Assembly (NCBI GenBank): GCA_965369865.1
Contig: CBDURU010000021.1
Span: 1 to 38,371, forward strand
Length of the DNA: 38,371 nucleotides
Direction of reading: 5' to 3'
Source of the DNA: an uncultured bacterium
GTDB taxonomy: Bacteria > JAJVIF01 > JAPKYR01
This document shows, in pieces, positions 1-10,086 of this stretch (positions within the stretch are counted from its first letter, which is position 1; every line of letters starts with the position of its first letter). The translations under genes and the position numbers were made by a program. The notes beneath the pieces were generated by a model. It was not told the DNA's origin and did not search any database. It saw nothing but the letters and a program-made list of their open reading frames with translations.

Positions 1-103
1 ATAGATAAAATTCGGCTAAATTTCCAGCAAGAAATCTATTCATGACCGGCAAGCCTGATATTTGGTCACCGAGAATCATAATTCGGTCCCTGTTTTTGAG
101 TTA

Positions 104-125
104 GTGCCGCTTGGAAAAGCGGCGC
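104..125. repeat. Short GC-rich palindrome (REP-like or weak terminator)
   Basis: GTGCCGCTT-GGAA-AAGCGGCGC hairpin just past the stop of the MBL gene; no U-tract follows on the minus strand. Confidence 0.35.
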
Positions 126-139
126 ACCCGGAAAACAAC

Positions 140-985
140 TTAAACACCAAATTCCCACCGTACTCCCACCTCCAGCGGCGGATACACATTCGGCATTCCC
201 GATGAAATCCTCTCAGCCTCACGCACTCCCGTGCAATGCCCGCCAAGTACCTGCTTCACCCCCGATTCTAAAAAAGCCCCGATAGTCGCATCCAGCCTCG
301 CATCCGAAACTCCCCTCAGATGCATCCCGCCGATCACCGTATCGATATTTTCCCCACCAAATAATTCCTGCGCGTAACGGATCGTATTGACAACCCCGCT
401 GTGAGCACACCCGCAGCATACGATCAGACCCTCCGGAGTGTCGATAATCACCGCCTGGTCGTCCCTGATAAAATCGGGCCTCTTCCGGGCGGCATCGAGC
501 GAAAACCTCCCGCCCACATGCTCAAATTCGGTAACCCTCGGGATCTCCCCCGTGCATATAACACCCGGCAGAATCTCCTGAGGTTTCTCACTCAGCTTAA
601 GGCTGGGTTTCAATTGCTCCTGTATCATTTCACCAGAGGACATTCCTGCTTTTACGGCTTTTCCTTTACGGAATGAATAACGATCAATAAAAACATCGGG
701 ATGTGCGAAAATCACCGGTGGCGAAATAGAATTTTCCGATAGGTAATCAAGTACAGCAGTTAACCCGCCGACATGATCGTAATGCCCGTGACTCAGTACG
801 ATTGCCCCCACCTGCGTAAGATCAACCCCAAGCACGCGCGCGTTATCAATCACCAGCCCAGACTGCCCTGTATCGAACAACAACGCGTGCCCATCAACCT
901 CAATGAACATCGACAGGCCATGCTCCGCTTTCAGACCGGGTTTCCTGGCGATGTTGTCTACCAGAATGGTAATACTGCCACGCAT
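140..985 (-). CDS. MBL-fold metallo-hydrolase
   Basis: EHGLS, LFDTG, SHGHYDHVGG, GCAHSG, GGMH and GHCTG motifs of a metallo-beta-lactamase subfamily; GGAGG RBS upstream. Confidence 0.9.
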   Translation of the reverse strand: MRGSITILVDNIARKPGLKAEHGLSMFIEVDGHALLFDTGQSGLVIDNARVLGVDLTQVGAIVLSHGHYDHVGGLTAVLDYLSENSISPPVIFAHPDVFIDRYSFRKGKAVKAGMSSGEMIQEQLKPSLKLSEKPQEILPGVICTGEIPRVTEFEHVGGRFSLDAARKRPDFIRDDQAVIIDTPEGLIVCCGCAHSGVVNTIRYAQELFGGENIDTVIGGMHLRGVSDARLDATIGAFLESGVKQVLGGHCTGVREAERISSGMPNVYPPLEVGVRWEFGV

Positions 986-1021
986 TTTTTACCTCCTTCA
1001 AATATGGCACCCGTACGGATC

Positions 1022-2179
1022 TCAACCTGGGTAAAATTCCTCGATCTGATCGAATGCCTTATTAATCGTCTCCTCCGGACAGCAGAACGTTATCCTCAAA
1101 TGCCCTTCCCCGCTCGGACCGAACGCGACACCCGGCGTCGTCGACACCCGCCCCTCCAGTAGAAGCTTTTTGCAGAACGCAAGCGAATCTTTTTCTCCCT
1201 CGATTTCAATTTTCGGAAACATGCAATATGAACCCTGCGGCCTTTGATACGAAAATACATGCGGCACACGATCCAAACGCTCGCAGACAAGATTCCGGGC
1301 CTTAAGATAATGCTCGCCAAATTCAGCTATACAGTCCTGCGACCCTTTCAGCGCGGCGAGAGCTGCATACTGAGACACAACGGGCGCGCATATCGCGAAC
1401 GGTATATGCACTTTCTGAAGCTGTGGAATCAGTTCCTTCCCGGCAACCATGTAACCGATCCGCCAGCCGGTCATCGCGTATGTTTTCGTGAATGTAAATG
1501 TGCTTACGGAATGTTCCTTCATCCCGGAAATCGACGCTATTGAGAAATGACGGTTGCCATCAAATACAAAATATTCATAGCTCTCGTCAGTGATAACCGT
1601 GATGTCACGTTCCATGCAGATATCCGCGACAGCCCTGAGCGTGGCCTCATCGAACACCGCGCCGGTCGGATTGCATGGAGAACAGAAAAGAAAGGCTTTC
1701 GTTCGGGGAGTTATCGCCTGTTTGAATGATTCAAGATCGAGACGGAAATTCTCCTCCTCTATCGTCCTCACAAACACTGGGACACCATTCGCCAGTTGAA
1801 TCTGCTGTATATGCGTCGAATAATTCGGTGACGGTGTCAGAACCTCATCGCCCGGATCGACAAGCGCCATCACAGTCGCGCTCAGCCCCTCGATCGCGCC
1901 AACCGTCACGATTGTCTCCGAGATATCAGCTTCGATATTGTTATCCCGCTTCAATTTCTCCACAATGGCTCCCCTGAGAACGGGAAGTCCCTGGCTTGTT
2001 GAGTAACCGCTGGTAAGTCCTTTTCGGATAGCCTCTATCGCGCCCTCACTGATATGGGCGGGCGTTCCAGTCGTCGGCTTCGCCCACGAAAGCATCGCCG
2101 GATCATCCACCATCCCCGCAAGCCGTGTCATTTCATGGATCACGGACGTTTCTATATCCGATACACGTTTTGAAACCAT
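1022..2179 (-). CDS. PLP-dependent aminotransferase class I/II (aspartate aminotransferase-like)
   Basis: SPCNPTG, DESY, FTKTYAMTGWRIG (PLP lysine) and PGVAFG..GEGHLRI motifs. Confidence 0.92.
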   Translation of the reverse strand: MVSKRVSDIETSVIHEMTRLAGMVDDPAMLSWAKPTTGTPAHISEGAIEAIRKGLTSGYSTSQGLPVLRGAIVEKLKRDNNIEADISETIVTVGAIEGLSATVMALVDPGDEVLTPSPNYSTHIQQIQLANGVPVFVRTIEEENFRLDLESFKQAITPRTKAFLFCSPCNPTGAVFDEATLRAVADICMERDITVITDESYEYFVFDGNRHFSIASISGMKEHSVSTFTFTKTYAMTGWRIGYMVAGKELIPQLQKVHIPFAICAPVVSQYAALAALKGSQDCIAEFGEHYLKARNLVCERLDRVPHVFSYQRPQGSYCMFPKIEIEGEKDSLAFCKKLLLEGRVSTTPGVAFGPSGEGHLRITFCCPEETINKAFDQIEEFYPG

Positions 2180-2217
2180 TATTTTTTTCGACTCCCTTCT
2201 GTCAATTCATGACGGTT

Positions 2218-3159
2218 TTACTCGGCCGGAATATAATACACCTTCCCGCCCTGTTCGGTAGTGACAATCTCTCCCTGTCTTAATAATTCCTCGATATACT
2301 TCACCGCTTCATTCCTGTGAATCCCCAGGCCGCTCGCAACACCATCAACCGTACATGGCCGATGCCTGAGCAAATTCAGCACATCCTCCCGTATTGCTGA
2401 AAAATCCGTCAGCTCATGAGTGCGCTTGTAATCCGCTATTACCTCTGCGTTAATTCCAAACCTCGCGGCATAGCAAAGCATCTGATCCTCCGGCACAGGA
2501 CGTGCATATTTCTCGCACGCAGGACGGGAAACGGTGTTCAACTGAACACGGTCAAATCTCATGCGCTCCGCCAGCCTGATCATCTGCGAAATTTCCGACT
2601 CGGCCGCGTTAAGATCGGCAAGCAGAAAAATCTCAAGCCATACCTCTCCCTTATAATAATCCCGAAATCCTGCAAGCCCTTCAATTACTTCCTCGAAAGT
2701 TAATCCATCAACCGGACGGTTCACCTTCTGAAAAGCATCCCCGCTCCCGGCATCCAGCGACGGCATCACCAGGTCGGCGTTAAGGACCGCATCCCGGACC
2801 TCAGGCATCCATAAAAGCGATCCGTTTGTCAGAAGCGCGACAGGTATGTCGGTCATCGATTTTATCTCATCAATTACACGACCGACCTCACTATGCAATG
2901 CCGGCTCACCCGAACCGGAAATGGTGATATAGTCCGCCGTTGAAACAGCCAGAAATTCCTTCAACTGCTCAAGCACATCATCGGTCGGAACCCATTCCTC
3001 TCGTGTAAGTGTTTTACACGTTGTCGGACCCAACTGGCAGTATATGCAGTCATAGGTGCAGGTCTTGAATGGGACAAGATCAACACCAAGCGACCGTCCA
3101 AGCCGACGCGACGGCACCGGGCCAAAAATATATTTCCGATCTTTCCCGCTCTTTTTCAC
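2218..3159 (-). CDS. Radical SAM protein with C-terminal winged-helix-like segment
   Basis: FGPVPSRRLGRSLG followed by CTYDCIYC (CxxxCxxC), SGSGEP, LTNGSL; GTG start. Confidence 0.88.
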   Translation of the reverse strand: MKKSGKDRKYIFGPVPSRRLGRSLGVDLVPFKTCTYDCIYCQLGPTTCKTLTREEWVPTDDVLEQLKEFLAVSTADYITISGSGEPALHSEVGRVIDEIKSMTDIPVALLTNGSLLWMPEVRDAVLNADLVMPSLDAGSGDAFQKVNRPVDGLTFEEVIEGLAGFRDYYKGEVWLEIFLLADLNAAESEISQMIRLAERMRFDRVQLNTVSRPACEKYARPVPEDQMLCYAARFGINAEVIADYKRTHELTDFSAIREDVLNLLRHRPCTVDGVASGLGIHRNEAVKYIEELLRQGEIVTTEQGGKVYYIPAE

Positions 3160-3165
3160 AGCATT

Positions 3166-3408
3166 TTATCCACGCGTCATCGTACTGCCGCATTCAGGGC
3201 ATTTTATGCTATTGCATGGTTTGCCCACCTGGTGCGGGATTTTGTGACCACATGACGGGCATACACAATTTCCGCCGGGTCCTCCTGCTGATCCCCCCAT
3301 CCGTCCTCTGCCACCGCCCTGTCCCTGTCCTCTTCCTGTACCCGGTCCCTGTCCTCTTCCTGTACCCGGTCCCTGTCCTCCTGGTCCTGTTCCATCTTTT
3401 CTGGGCAT
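3166..3408 (-). CDS. Small Gly-rich, Cys-rich protein (DUF5320-like N-terminus, CxCPxCG...CPxCG C-terminus)
   Basis: MPRKDGTGP start, GQGPGTGR repeats, CVCPSCG and CPECG motifs; AAAGGGG RBS; first gene of the minus-strand operon. Confidence 0.75.
   Translation of the reverse strand: MPRKDGTGPGGQGPGTGRGQGPGTGRGQGQGGGRGRMGGSAGGPGGNCVCPSCGHKIPHQVGKPCNSIKCPECGSTMTRG
3321..3380. repeat. In-frame 24-bp tandem repeat (2.5 copies)
   Basis: GTCCCTGTCCTCTTCCTGTACCCG x2 plus a partial copy; encodes GQGPGTGR units. Confidence 0.9.
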
Positions 3409-3686
3409 TGAATTACCCCTTTAGTTTGATGAATTCTATTATAACACTCGTGTCAAATAAAAACGGCGCCATTTCTGCAGGATGCGCATGTTACGAAAAC
3501 TCCATTTTCGGGAACATTTCTGGAACCCATCCGTCAGACTGAGCACAACAAATCAAGGATGTGTGTACCGGTCCTTTTCCATCGGGGCTGATCGCTTCCA
3601 AATTAAGCTGAAAATAGCTGACAAGGACAGATCGAAACTCATGGAATGGACCTGGCAAAATCATAACCGAATGGAGAGATACACAA

Positions 3687-4991
3687 ATGATTAACAGAAC
3701 CGCAAAACTTGCAGTACTGCTACTGGGGCTTTGGGCGATACTCGGGGTACTCGGTTGCTCCGGTGACTCCAGCCCTGTAATTCCAGGCGCGGAAGACGTC
3801 CTCGCATCGGCCGGAACCGATGTCGATTCCATGTCCGAAACCGATGTCGACGTCACATCCGAGACCAGCCGTACAGCCGATGATGGCACCTTCACAGGGA
3901 TTCTCGAGGATTCCGAGGGTAACCCGCTCGCATGGGCCGACCTCTATCTCGACGGCGAAATCGCTGGATGGACCGAAGAGGACGGCTCATTCACTATTTA
4001 CGGCGTGGATGAGGAGACAGAATATCATTTCGAAGCGCAGATCGACGGATACGTGGTCTATTCCACCACCGTAGTTCCCGCCTCCCGTAACGGACAGGGT
4101 CTCGGGGATAACGACCCGACAATCGAACGCGGCACTGTCTGGGGATTTGTCCACGACCAGATTGGACCAGTCCCGCACGCACTCGTCATTGTTTTTAACG
4201 CGTCAGAGAATTTCGGCATCGATTTTACCGATGAAAACGGGTACTACATCATCGACAATGCTCCCGGCGGACCGGGCCACGTGATCGCGTTCGCCCCATT
4301 CCATGCAATCGGACACGACCATGTATTTGTCATTCCCGGTGGAGAGGTCCAGAAAAACCTGTTCCTTCCGAAGCTTCTGGATTTCGGAATCGTAAAGGGG
4401 CAGGTAATTACCGGACCGCTCGGACATATGCGGCCGATTCCGTTCGCGGCGGTTGGAATCAAACCGGCCAATACTGATGTCGAGCCGAAAATAACGCACG
4501 CGAACCGTCACGGAATATATATTCTTGCTCCCGTGGGTCTTGGACCGCACATGATGTTCGCGAAAGCCCCTTGTTTCCCGGCTGAAACAGCATTTGTCAA
4601 TGTGCATCCCGGAATTAATATTCAGATGTTCCATCTCGAAGCACAGGGCTGCGGCGGGGTCGAGGGCCAGGTAACGAACGAAAACGGCGAACCGCTTCCG
4701 TTTGTACTGGTTAAACTCATACACCCGCTTCCGGATAATGACAAACCGTTCGTGATGTGGGAATTCACCGGACCCGAAGGAAGATACCGTTTCGCCCCGG
4801 TAATTCCGAGCCAGGGGTATCATCTTCAGGCTCAAGCACCCGGCTACCTGCCATACAACCATGATGGTCCTGTGCCGGTATTTCCGGATCAATTCACGGT
4901 CATCAATTTCACCATGATATGCGCCGATGGATCCGGTGATTGTCCACCACCCCCGCCCCCCGGTGGAGGAGGTCCCGGCGGTGGTGACTGA
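3687..4991 (+). CDS. Lipoprotein with repeated carboxypeptidase-regulatory-like (Cna-B/prealbumin-fold) domains
   Basis: Signal peptide with lipobox LGVLGC; about 4 repeats of G.V.D..G.P+..A.V...T...G.Y; Pro/Gly-rich tail. Confidence 0.8.
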   Translation: MINRTAKLAVLLLGLWAILGVLGCSGDSSPVIPGAEDVLASAGTDVDSMSETDVDVTSETSRTADDGTFTGILEDSEGNPLAWADLYLDGEIAGWTEEDGSFTIYGVDEETEYHFEAQIDGYVVYSTTVVPASRNGQGLGDNDPTIERGTVWGFVHDQIGPVPHALVIVFNASENFGIDFTDENGYYIIDNAPGGPGHVIAFAPFHAIGHDHVFVIPGGEVQKNLFLPKLLDFGIVKGQVITGPLGHMRPIPFAAVGIKPANTDVEPKITHANRHGIYILAPVGLGPHMMFAKAPCFPAETAFVNVHPGINIQMFHLEAQGCGGVEGQVTNENGEPLPFVLVKLIHPLPDNDKPFVMWEFTGPEGRYRFAPVIPSQGYHLQAQAPGYLPYNHDGPVPVFPDQFTVINFTMICADGSGDCPPPPPPGGGGPGGGD

Positions 4992-5022
4992 TAAATAACT
5001 CCTATTACGCTTCCAGATATTT

Positions 5023-5057
5023 AAGCCCGGCAGATCAATACCGGGCTTTTTATTTTG
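5023..5057 (+). terminator. Intrinsic terminator
   Basis: AAGCCCGG-cagatcaata-CCGGGCTT followed by TTTATTTT. Confidence 0.8.
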
Positions 5058-5308
5058 ACATTCTTTCAATAGCTCATTTGCTTCTCTCAGGGGACACGGC
5101 ATTTTTCCCTTAATATGCAATAGTAAAGTCAGGTTTATCACTGGAGAAAAATGGCATGTCCCCGTGATCTATACAATTTCAAGCAGATTTGGTCTAAATC
5201 TATTACAATTCGGTATAATGCATTAAAGAAAATCCTGCCGGATGCAACCGATACGGTTCGCTCGTTGTCTGGACAAGTGTCGATTTGAATTTCCGATTGG
5301 AGGAAAAA

Positions 5309-6775
5309 ATGAAATTTAACGCCAACCTTATTGGGACCCTGTTTTTATTCCTGTTTGGTCTCGCAGTGTGGACACTTGTCGGGTGTGACAGGCCACAGGT
5401 CGGGAGCCCGGAATATGACGATCCGATTCTCGATACAAGCCCGTATGAACCGGCGGAGGAATTCACCTATCTGGTGGACATCGACCAGACTGCCCGGGTA
5501 ATGGGTTCCAATTTCCAGGACATAAAAGAGGGCATGGAAGGCGAGGGTATGCCTCAGGGAATGGGAATGCCGGAATTCGACAGCATATTGGAAGAGCTGG
5601 GAATGTCGGGGCTGGTAAAGGAAAATATTACCGCCGAAGCTAACGAAAGCATGATACGCGCTCATGGGGAGTACACGATCGAAGATAAGGATGCGTATCT
5701 CATTGCGGGCCTGGCGGAGATTGGCACCGCTGAAGTCAGGCTGCCGTCCTATTTTCCTCGTGATAAGTGGGTCGGGCATATTTTCATCGCGAATCCGGGC
5801 GACCTGGTTGAAATTGCTATGCATGCTATAGATACCGAGATGGAAGCCTTCATGGGTGGATCCGGCGGTATGGATATGGAGATGGCTCTCGGGATGTTCG
5901 GTTTTGATGATCCTGAGGATGTCTACAACTGGATGGGTGACGAGCTTCTGTTGTTTTATCTCCTGAACGAGGATTTCGATCCCGACGGCGAAACGACCTA
6001 TGAGAATGTCCCATTTTTTACCGTACTTGGACTTGCATCAGATAATACGGAGATGGGTCTTGATACGATCGAAAACCTGATCGGCAATCCGCTTCTGGCA
6101 ATGTCAGGAATCGACGTCGACAGGGATGAGTTTAAAGGAAAGGATGCCGTTATCATTTCACCTCCTCCACCTGCCATGTTCGAGGATTTTCTTGATGAAG
6201 AGACAATGGCTCAACTCGAGGACGCACCCGACGCAATAGCGGTTGCGGTGGAAGACTATATTCTCATAGCTGATGAATTTTCGATGGAAGCCGCGCTCGA
6301 TTTGATTTCCAGAAGTGGATCGGGAACTTCCAGAATGGCGTCAATTGAAATTGAGAGTAATCTCGATGCGGTACTTGCGCAGTTCGACCCCTCAAATCCC
6401 GGCCCCTGGGTTGACTTTGTCGAGTCAGAAGAATTTCAGGATCTCATGATGAGGTTTTATAATGCAACCCGCGACCTTGGAGAGCTCGGTACGAGCAGGA
6501 CTTCGATTCTGATCCAGGACGGCGAACATCTTGATGTGGAAGTCCTGACAAGCCGTGAAAGCATCAGGCTGTTCGAGATAGTCGAGGGAATTGTCGCCGA
6601 GACGCCCCCTGAAACCTGGGAGGTGCTGGGTGAAATTTTCGGAGAGACCATGGCGGAGCAGGGCGGAATGGGAATGGAATATGACCCAGATTATGGATCA
6701 CCGGGAAAACCCGATAGGAATCGGGATCGCGACGGCAACCATGAAGGTGATGAATATGAGAAGGTCGATGTCTGA
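5309..6775 (+). CDS. Hypothetical acidic lipoprotein
   Basis: Long ORF; ATG at 5309 after GGAGG; lipobox TLVGC; no family recognised. Confidence 0.75.
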   Translation: MKFNANLIGTLFLFLFGLAVWTLVGCDRPQVGSPEYDDPILDTSPYEPAEEFTYLVDIDQTARVMGSNFQDIKEGMEGEGMPQGMGMPEFDSILEELGMSGLVKENITAEANESMIRAHGEYTIEDKDAYLIAGLAEIGTAEVRLPSYFPRDKWVGHIFIANPGDLVEIAMHAIDTEMEAFMGGSGGMDMEMALGMFGFDDPEDVYNWMGDELLLFYLLNEDFDPDGETTYENVPFFTVLGLASDNTEMGLDTIENLIGNPLLAMSGIDVDRDEFKGKDAVIISPPPPAMFEDFLDEETMAQLEDAPDAIAVAVEDYILIADEFSMEAALDLISRSGSGTSRMASIEIESNLDAVLAQFDPSNPGPWVDFVESEEFQDLMMRFYNATRDLGELGTSRTSILIQDGEHLDVEVLTSRESIRLFEIVEGIVAETPPETWEVLGEIFGETMAEQGGMGMEYDPDYGSPGKPDRNRDRDGNHEGDEYEKVDV

Positions 6776-6889
6776 GACATTCCCGATCTTTTCATCCGTG
6801 GATTGCATCCAATTAAGTAAGTGTCGATTATCATTATATAAAACTAACAGGAAAATCCTACTCCCCTTCGGGGGATTGTTTCTAATGTC

Positions 6890-8308
6890 GTGACATTTAA
6901 ATCTTTCCAGCGCGTACACCTTCTAGCCCTGCTGGTCTTTGACCTGCTCACCGGGGTACTTGCGTTTATACTCGCGTACCATCTCGCGTGGATGCTCAAC
7001 CAGTACCGGGATCCGTACTCAATCTGGTTCCCGTTTCTTCCCTACATCAAGCTCGCGATCATCTGGACCTTTCTCAACGCGGTTATTTTCAGCCTTGGAG
7101 GGCTTTACTCCCGGAGACCGTGGGGAAGTTTCGCCGGAGAGATCGGTGGGATTCTCACCGCCGTATCCACGTCCATGGTATTCGCGATGGCGATAACGTT
7201 CTTCTTCCGTAACATCGAATTTTCAAGGCTGTTTTTTATCACGGCATGGCTTACGGCATTTATCCTTTTCTGGGTGGAAAGGGGAATTCTGCGTGTTGTG
7301 CGTCGCCAGATGTTCAAAGCCGGGACCGGTACAAGACGGTTGATATTGTGGGGAAGCAATGAAGTCAGTCGGAATCTCTTAAACCTTTACATCAGGAATC
7401 CATGGCGCGGGAAGAAACCGGTGGCTGTGATTGATGATGAATTCCCCGACGGGATCGATTTCGATGTCCCGGTTTTCTCGACCGAAGTCGGAGTCACAAT
7501 ACTGGCTGAAGGGAAAGCCGACGAGGTTATCGTAACCAGCCATGATCTTCCCCGTGAATCGCTTTACCGGCTTGCGCAGTTATGCAGGACAAATGAAATC
7601 GCACTGAAACTTGTCCCGGACCTTCTGGAAGTTGTGGCTGGACAATTGTCCGTTGAGGGTGTCGAGGGAATTCCGATGGTCGAGATGGGGAACAACCTTG
7701 GACGGTACTATCCCCAAATCGTAAAAAGGGTATTCGATATCATTGTTGGCGGGATCATTACAATTTTATTACTACCCGTGCTGGCGATATGCGCATTGAT
7801 GGTAATTTCATCGGGACCGGGTCCGGTTCTTTTCCACCATATGCGCCTGGGAAAAGGTAAATTGCTTTTTCCCCAGTTTAAGTTCCGAACGATGGTTCTG
7901 AATGCTGACGAGATATTAAATAACGATCCTGAACTCCTGGAAAAATTTAAGGAAGGATTTAAATTGCAGGATGATCCCAGGATTACGTCGGCAGGAAAAT
8001 TCCTCAGGCGTTATTCACTCGATGAGCTTCCGCAGTTATTCAATGTAATGCGAGGGGAGATGAGCCTGGTCGGGCCGCGTCCCATTGTTGAAGGGGAAGT
8101 TGAAAAGTACGGGTTCTTTTCCGACGCGCTGTTCTCCGTGACTCCGGGGATGACCGGATTATGGCAGGTCAGCGGCAGAAGCGATGTGGGTTATGAAGAG
8201 CGTGTAAAATTGGATTTATTATATATTGAACGATGGACACTCCTTGAGGATTTAAGAATCCTGGCCCTGACACCCGGAGCGGTATTCGGCGGTCGGGGAA
8301 GCTATTAA
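6890..8308 (+). CDS. Polyprenyl-phosphate sugar phosphotransferase (WcaJ/WbaP family)
   Basis: N-terminal TM helices; [50 protein letters not shown]. Confidence 0.93.
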   Translation: MTFKSFQRVHLLALLVFDLLTGVLAFILAYHLAWMLNQYRDPYSIWFPFLPYIKLAIIWTFLNAVIFSLGGLYSRRPWGSFAGEIGGILTAVSTSMVFAMAITFFFRNIEFSRLFFITAWLTAFILFWVERGILRVVRRQMFKAGTGTRRLILWGSNEVSRNLLNLYIRNPWRGKKPVAVIDDEFPDGIDFDVPVFSTEVGVTILAEGKADEVIVTSHDLPRESLYRLAQLCRTNEIALKLVPDLLEVVAGQLSVEGVEGIPMVEMGNNLGRYYPQIVKRVFDIIVGGIITILLLPVLAICALMVISSGPGPVLFHHMRLGKGKLLFPQFKFRTMVLNADEILNNDPELLEKFKEGFKLQDDPRITSAGKFLRRYSLDELPQLFNVMRGEMSLVGPRPIVEGEVEKYGFFSDALFSVTPGMTGLWQVSGRSDVGYEERVKLDLLYIERWTLLEDLRILALTPGAVFGGRGSY

Positions 8309-8330
8309 CCCCCCCTGATAATCCACAATA

Positions 8331-8390
8331 CAGAGCCACGACCGTAAGGGAGTGGGCCTCGATAACAGTACCACGACCGTAAGGGAGTGC
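8331..8390. repeat. Two direct REP-like repeats between convergent genes
   Basis: CAGAGCCACGACCGTAAGGGAGTGG (8331-8355) and CAGTACCACGACCGTAAGGGAGTGC (8366-8390), 35-bp period. Confidence 0.8.
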
Positions 8391-8404
8391 ACCCACACCG
8401 ACCC

Positions 8405-9406
8405 CTACCTCCAGAACCTCTCCCCCAATCCTCCCGACACGATCACGTCATGATCCTCCGTTAATACCAATCCCTCAATACCCTCGGTCTCGTCCAGAAA
8501 TTCAATCCCCCGCTCCTCACCCATTATCATTACCGCGTACGCGAAAATCGACGCCTGCATGCATGATTCATCCGACACCACCAGCGCCGCGCGAAGTTCC
8601 TCGACCGGCCTTCCATCGACCGGGCTGATCAACTGGTGATAATAATTACCACGGGCGAAGAAAAATTTCTCATCCTTGTCGATCGCGGACAAAAATTCCC
8701 CCGGTGCAAGACGTATGTGCCCGAAATTGAGCTGCAGGCTGTCCCCGGTGACCTTATCGAGCGGATAATTGAAATCATATGTATAACCGTTATTCCCATC
8801 TTCCCCGCCGGCATAACCGACATTATGCCCGACCCTTACCAGCTCCCATTCCAGTTGTTCCTTGTTCAATTCATCGTGAAGAAGATCGACAATCACACCG
8901 CCAATTGTCGGACCGAATCCCATTCTGATATTCTCGCCCTTCCTCAAAATGCTTCCGTTATCAATTTCGAGCATATTATGATCGACAAACTGAAGCGCTT
9001 CCCGGAGTTCGGAGTCCGACACAAACCGTCCCCCGAAATCAAAATCGTACACGTCCCAGAGGATCTGCAGTGTGGGATCGAACGCCCCGTAGCATTGTTC
9101 GGTATATGCAAGGCAATTTGTGAGGATGTCGGATACTTCACCCATCCCGATCAACTCACCCGTGTCGCTTGCGTTGAGTGTACCGAGAATTTGGCCTTCA
9201 AGGGGTTTTAGTGAGTTGACCACAGCCTGGACCCGGTCAGTCGCTTCCTGGATCGCGGTTTCAACAGACGCATTCCGCGATGAGACACTCACCTCAACAG
9301 GCCAGTTATCGATGGATAACTGCACCGGTTCGACAGGTCTGCATGACAGGAGCAGAAGTATGATAACGGTAAGTGCAAGAAATTTTATTCTATGTAAATT
9401 TCGCAT
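8405..9406 (-). CDS. ApbE-like (FAD:protein FMN transferase fold) lipoprotein with degenerate motifs
   Basis: Lipobox LLLSC; GAFDPT, YYHQLISPVDGRP and MG.ERG..FL..TEG.EGL resemble ApbE. Confidence 0.75.
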   Translation of the reverse strand: MRNLHRIKFLALTVIILLLLSCRPVEPVQLSIDNWPVEVSVSSRNASVETAIQEATDRVQAVVNSLKPLEGQILGTLNASDTGELIGMGEVSDILTNCLAYTEQCYGAFDPTLQILWDVYDFDFGGRFVSDSELREALQFVDHNMLEIDNGSILRKGENIRMGFGPTIGGVIVDLLHDELNKEQLEWELVRVGHNVGYAGGEDGNNGYTYDFNYPLDKVTGDSLQLNFGHIRLAPGEFLSAIDKDEKFFFARGNYYHQLISPVDGRPVEELRAALVVSDESCMQASIFAYAVMIMGEERGIEFLDETEGIEGLVLTEDHDVIVSGGLGERFWR

Positions 9407-9432
9407 ATGTCAGTATGAAGGTGACAGTTGAT

Positions 9433-10026
9433 TTAAATCAATAAGTCCTGAAGTAATTCCTCATCAATCTCGTCTTCACTACTTATAATCAGAATTACAT
9501 TATCCCCGGTTCCGTCATTGTTAATATCCATGCCAGGATTGTGTTCGTCGTCAAATCCGTACGCAAGAAGGAAGAACCTGGTTATTTCATTGTCTGAATA
9601 AACTGGCAGATATGTAAAATCCCCCTGGGAAGGGTCCGATCCAAATTCTATATTCTTGATTAACTCTCCCGTAAAAGCATTTTCCGGCCATTGTTCTAAA
9701 TATTCATCGGATATTTCAGAAATATCATCGGGGAATATCCCGTCATGGTCCACGGAATACATCATCAGCGATTCCTGGATTCTATGAACCGATGTCTTTG
9801 TATGTCTTTCTGCAATCTTAGATGGATAGCAATGTTCAGAAGATTTACCAAATAATAAAAACACGATGATAATGAATGACAGTAACCCGATACCTATTAG
9901 ATACTTTGAAAGTTTCCCTTTTATAAACAGTCCAACCAGAAAAATAATTACTGAAATTCCAAGTAAAGAAGGAAGCAAGTAGGTGGAGATATTGCAATTA
10001 ATTATGGCTAATTCGTATACAGACAT
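9433..10026 (-). CDS. Membrane-anchored protein with pseudopilin (GspG)-like head
   Basis: Two TM helices, then IQESLMMYSVDHDGIFP...WPENAFTG; no prepilin cleavage motif. Confidence 0.55.
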   Translation of the reverse strand: MSVYELAIINCNISTYLLPSLLGISVIIFLVGLFIKGKLSKYLIGIGLLSFIIIVFLLFGKSSEHCYPSKIAERHTKTSVHRIQESLMMYSVDHDGIFPDDISEISDEYLEQWPENAFTGELIKNIEFGSDPSQGDFTYLPVYSDNEITRFFLLAYGFDDEHNPGMDINNDGTGDNVILIISSEDEIDEELLQDLLI

Positions 10027-10086
10027 GATCTAGCTCTTCTAATCCTGACTGTAACCCAAGGATAAAGTTCACAACAAAAATCAATC

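Noticed and set aside
4203..5141. 312-aa minus-strand ORF and similar long shadow ORFs (e.g. 14536-15261, 15738-16505, 25836-26525)
   Set aside because: They are antisense to well-supported genes and have no recognisable motifs.
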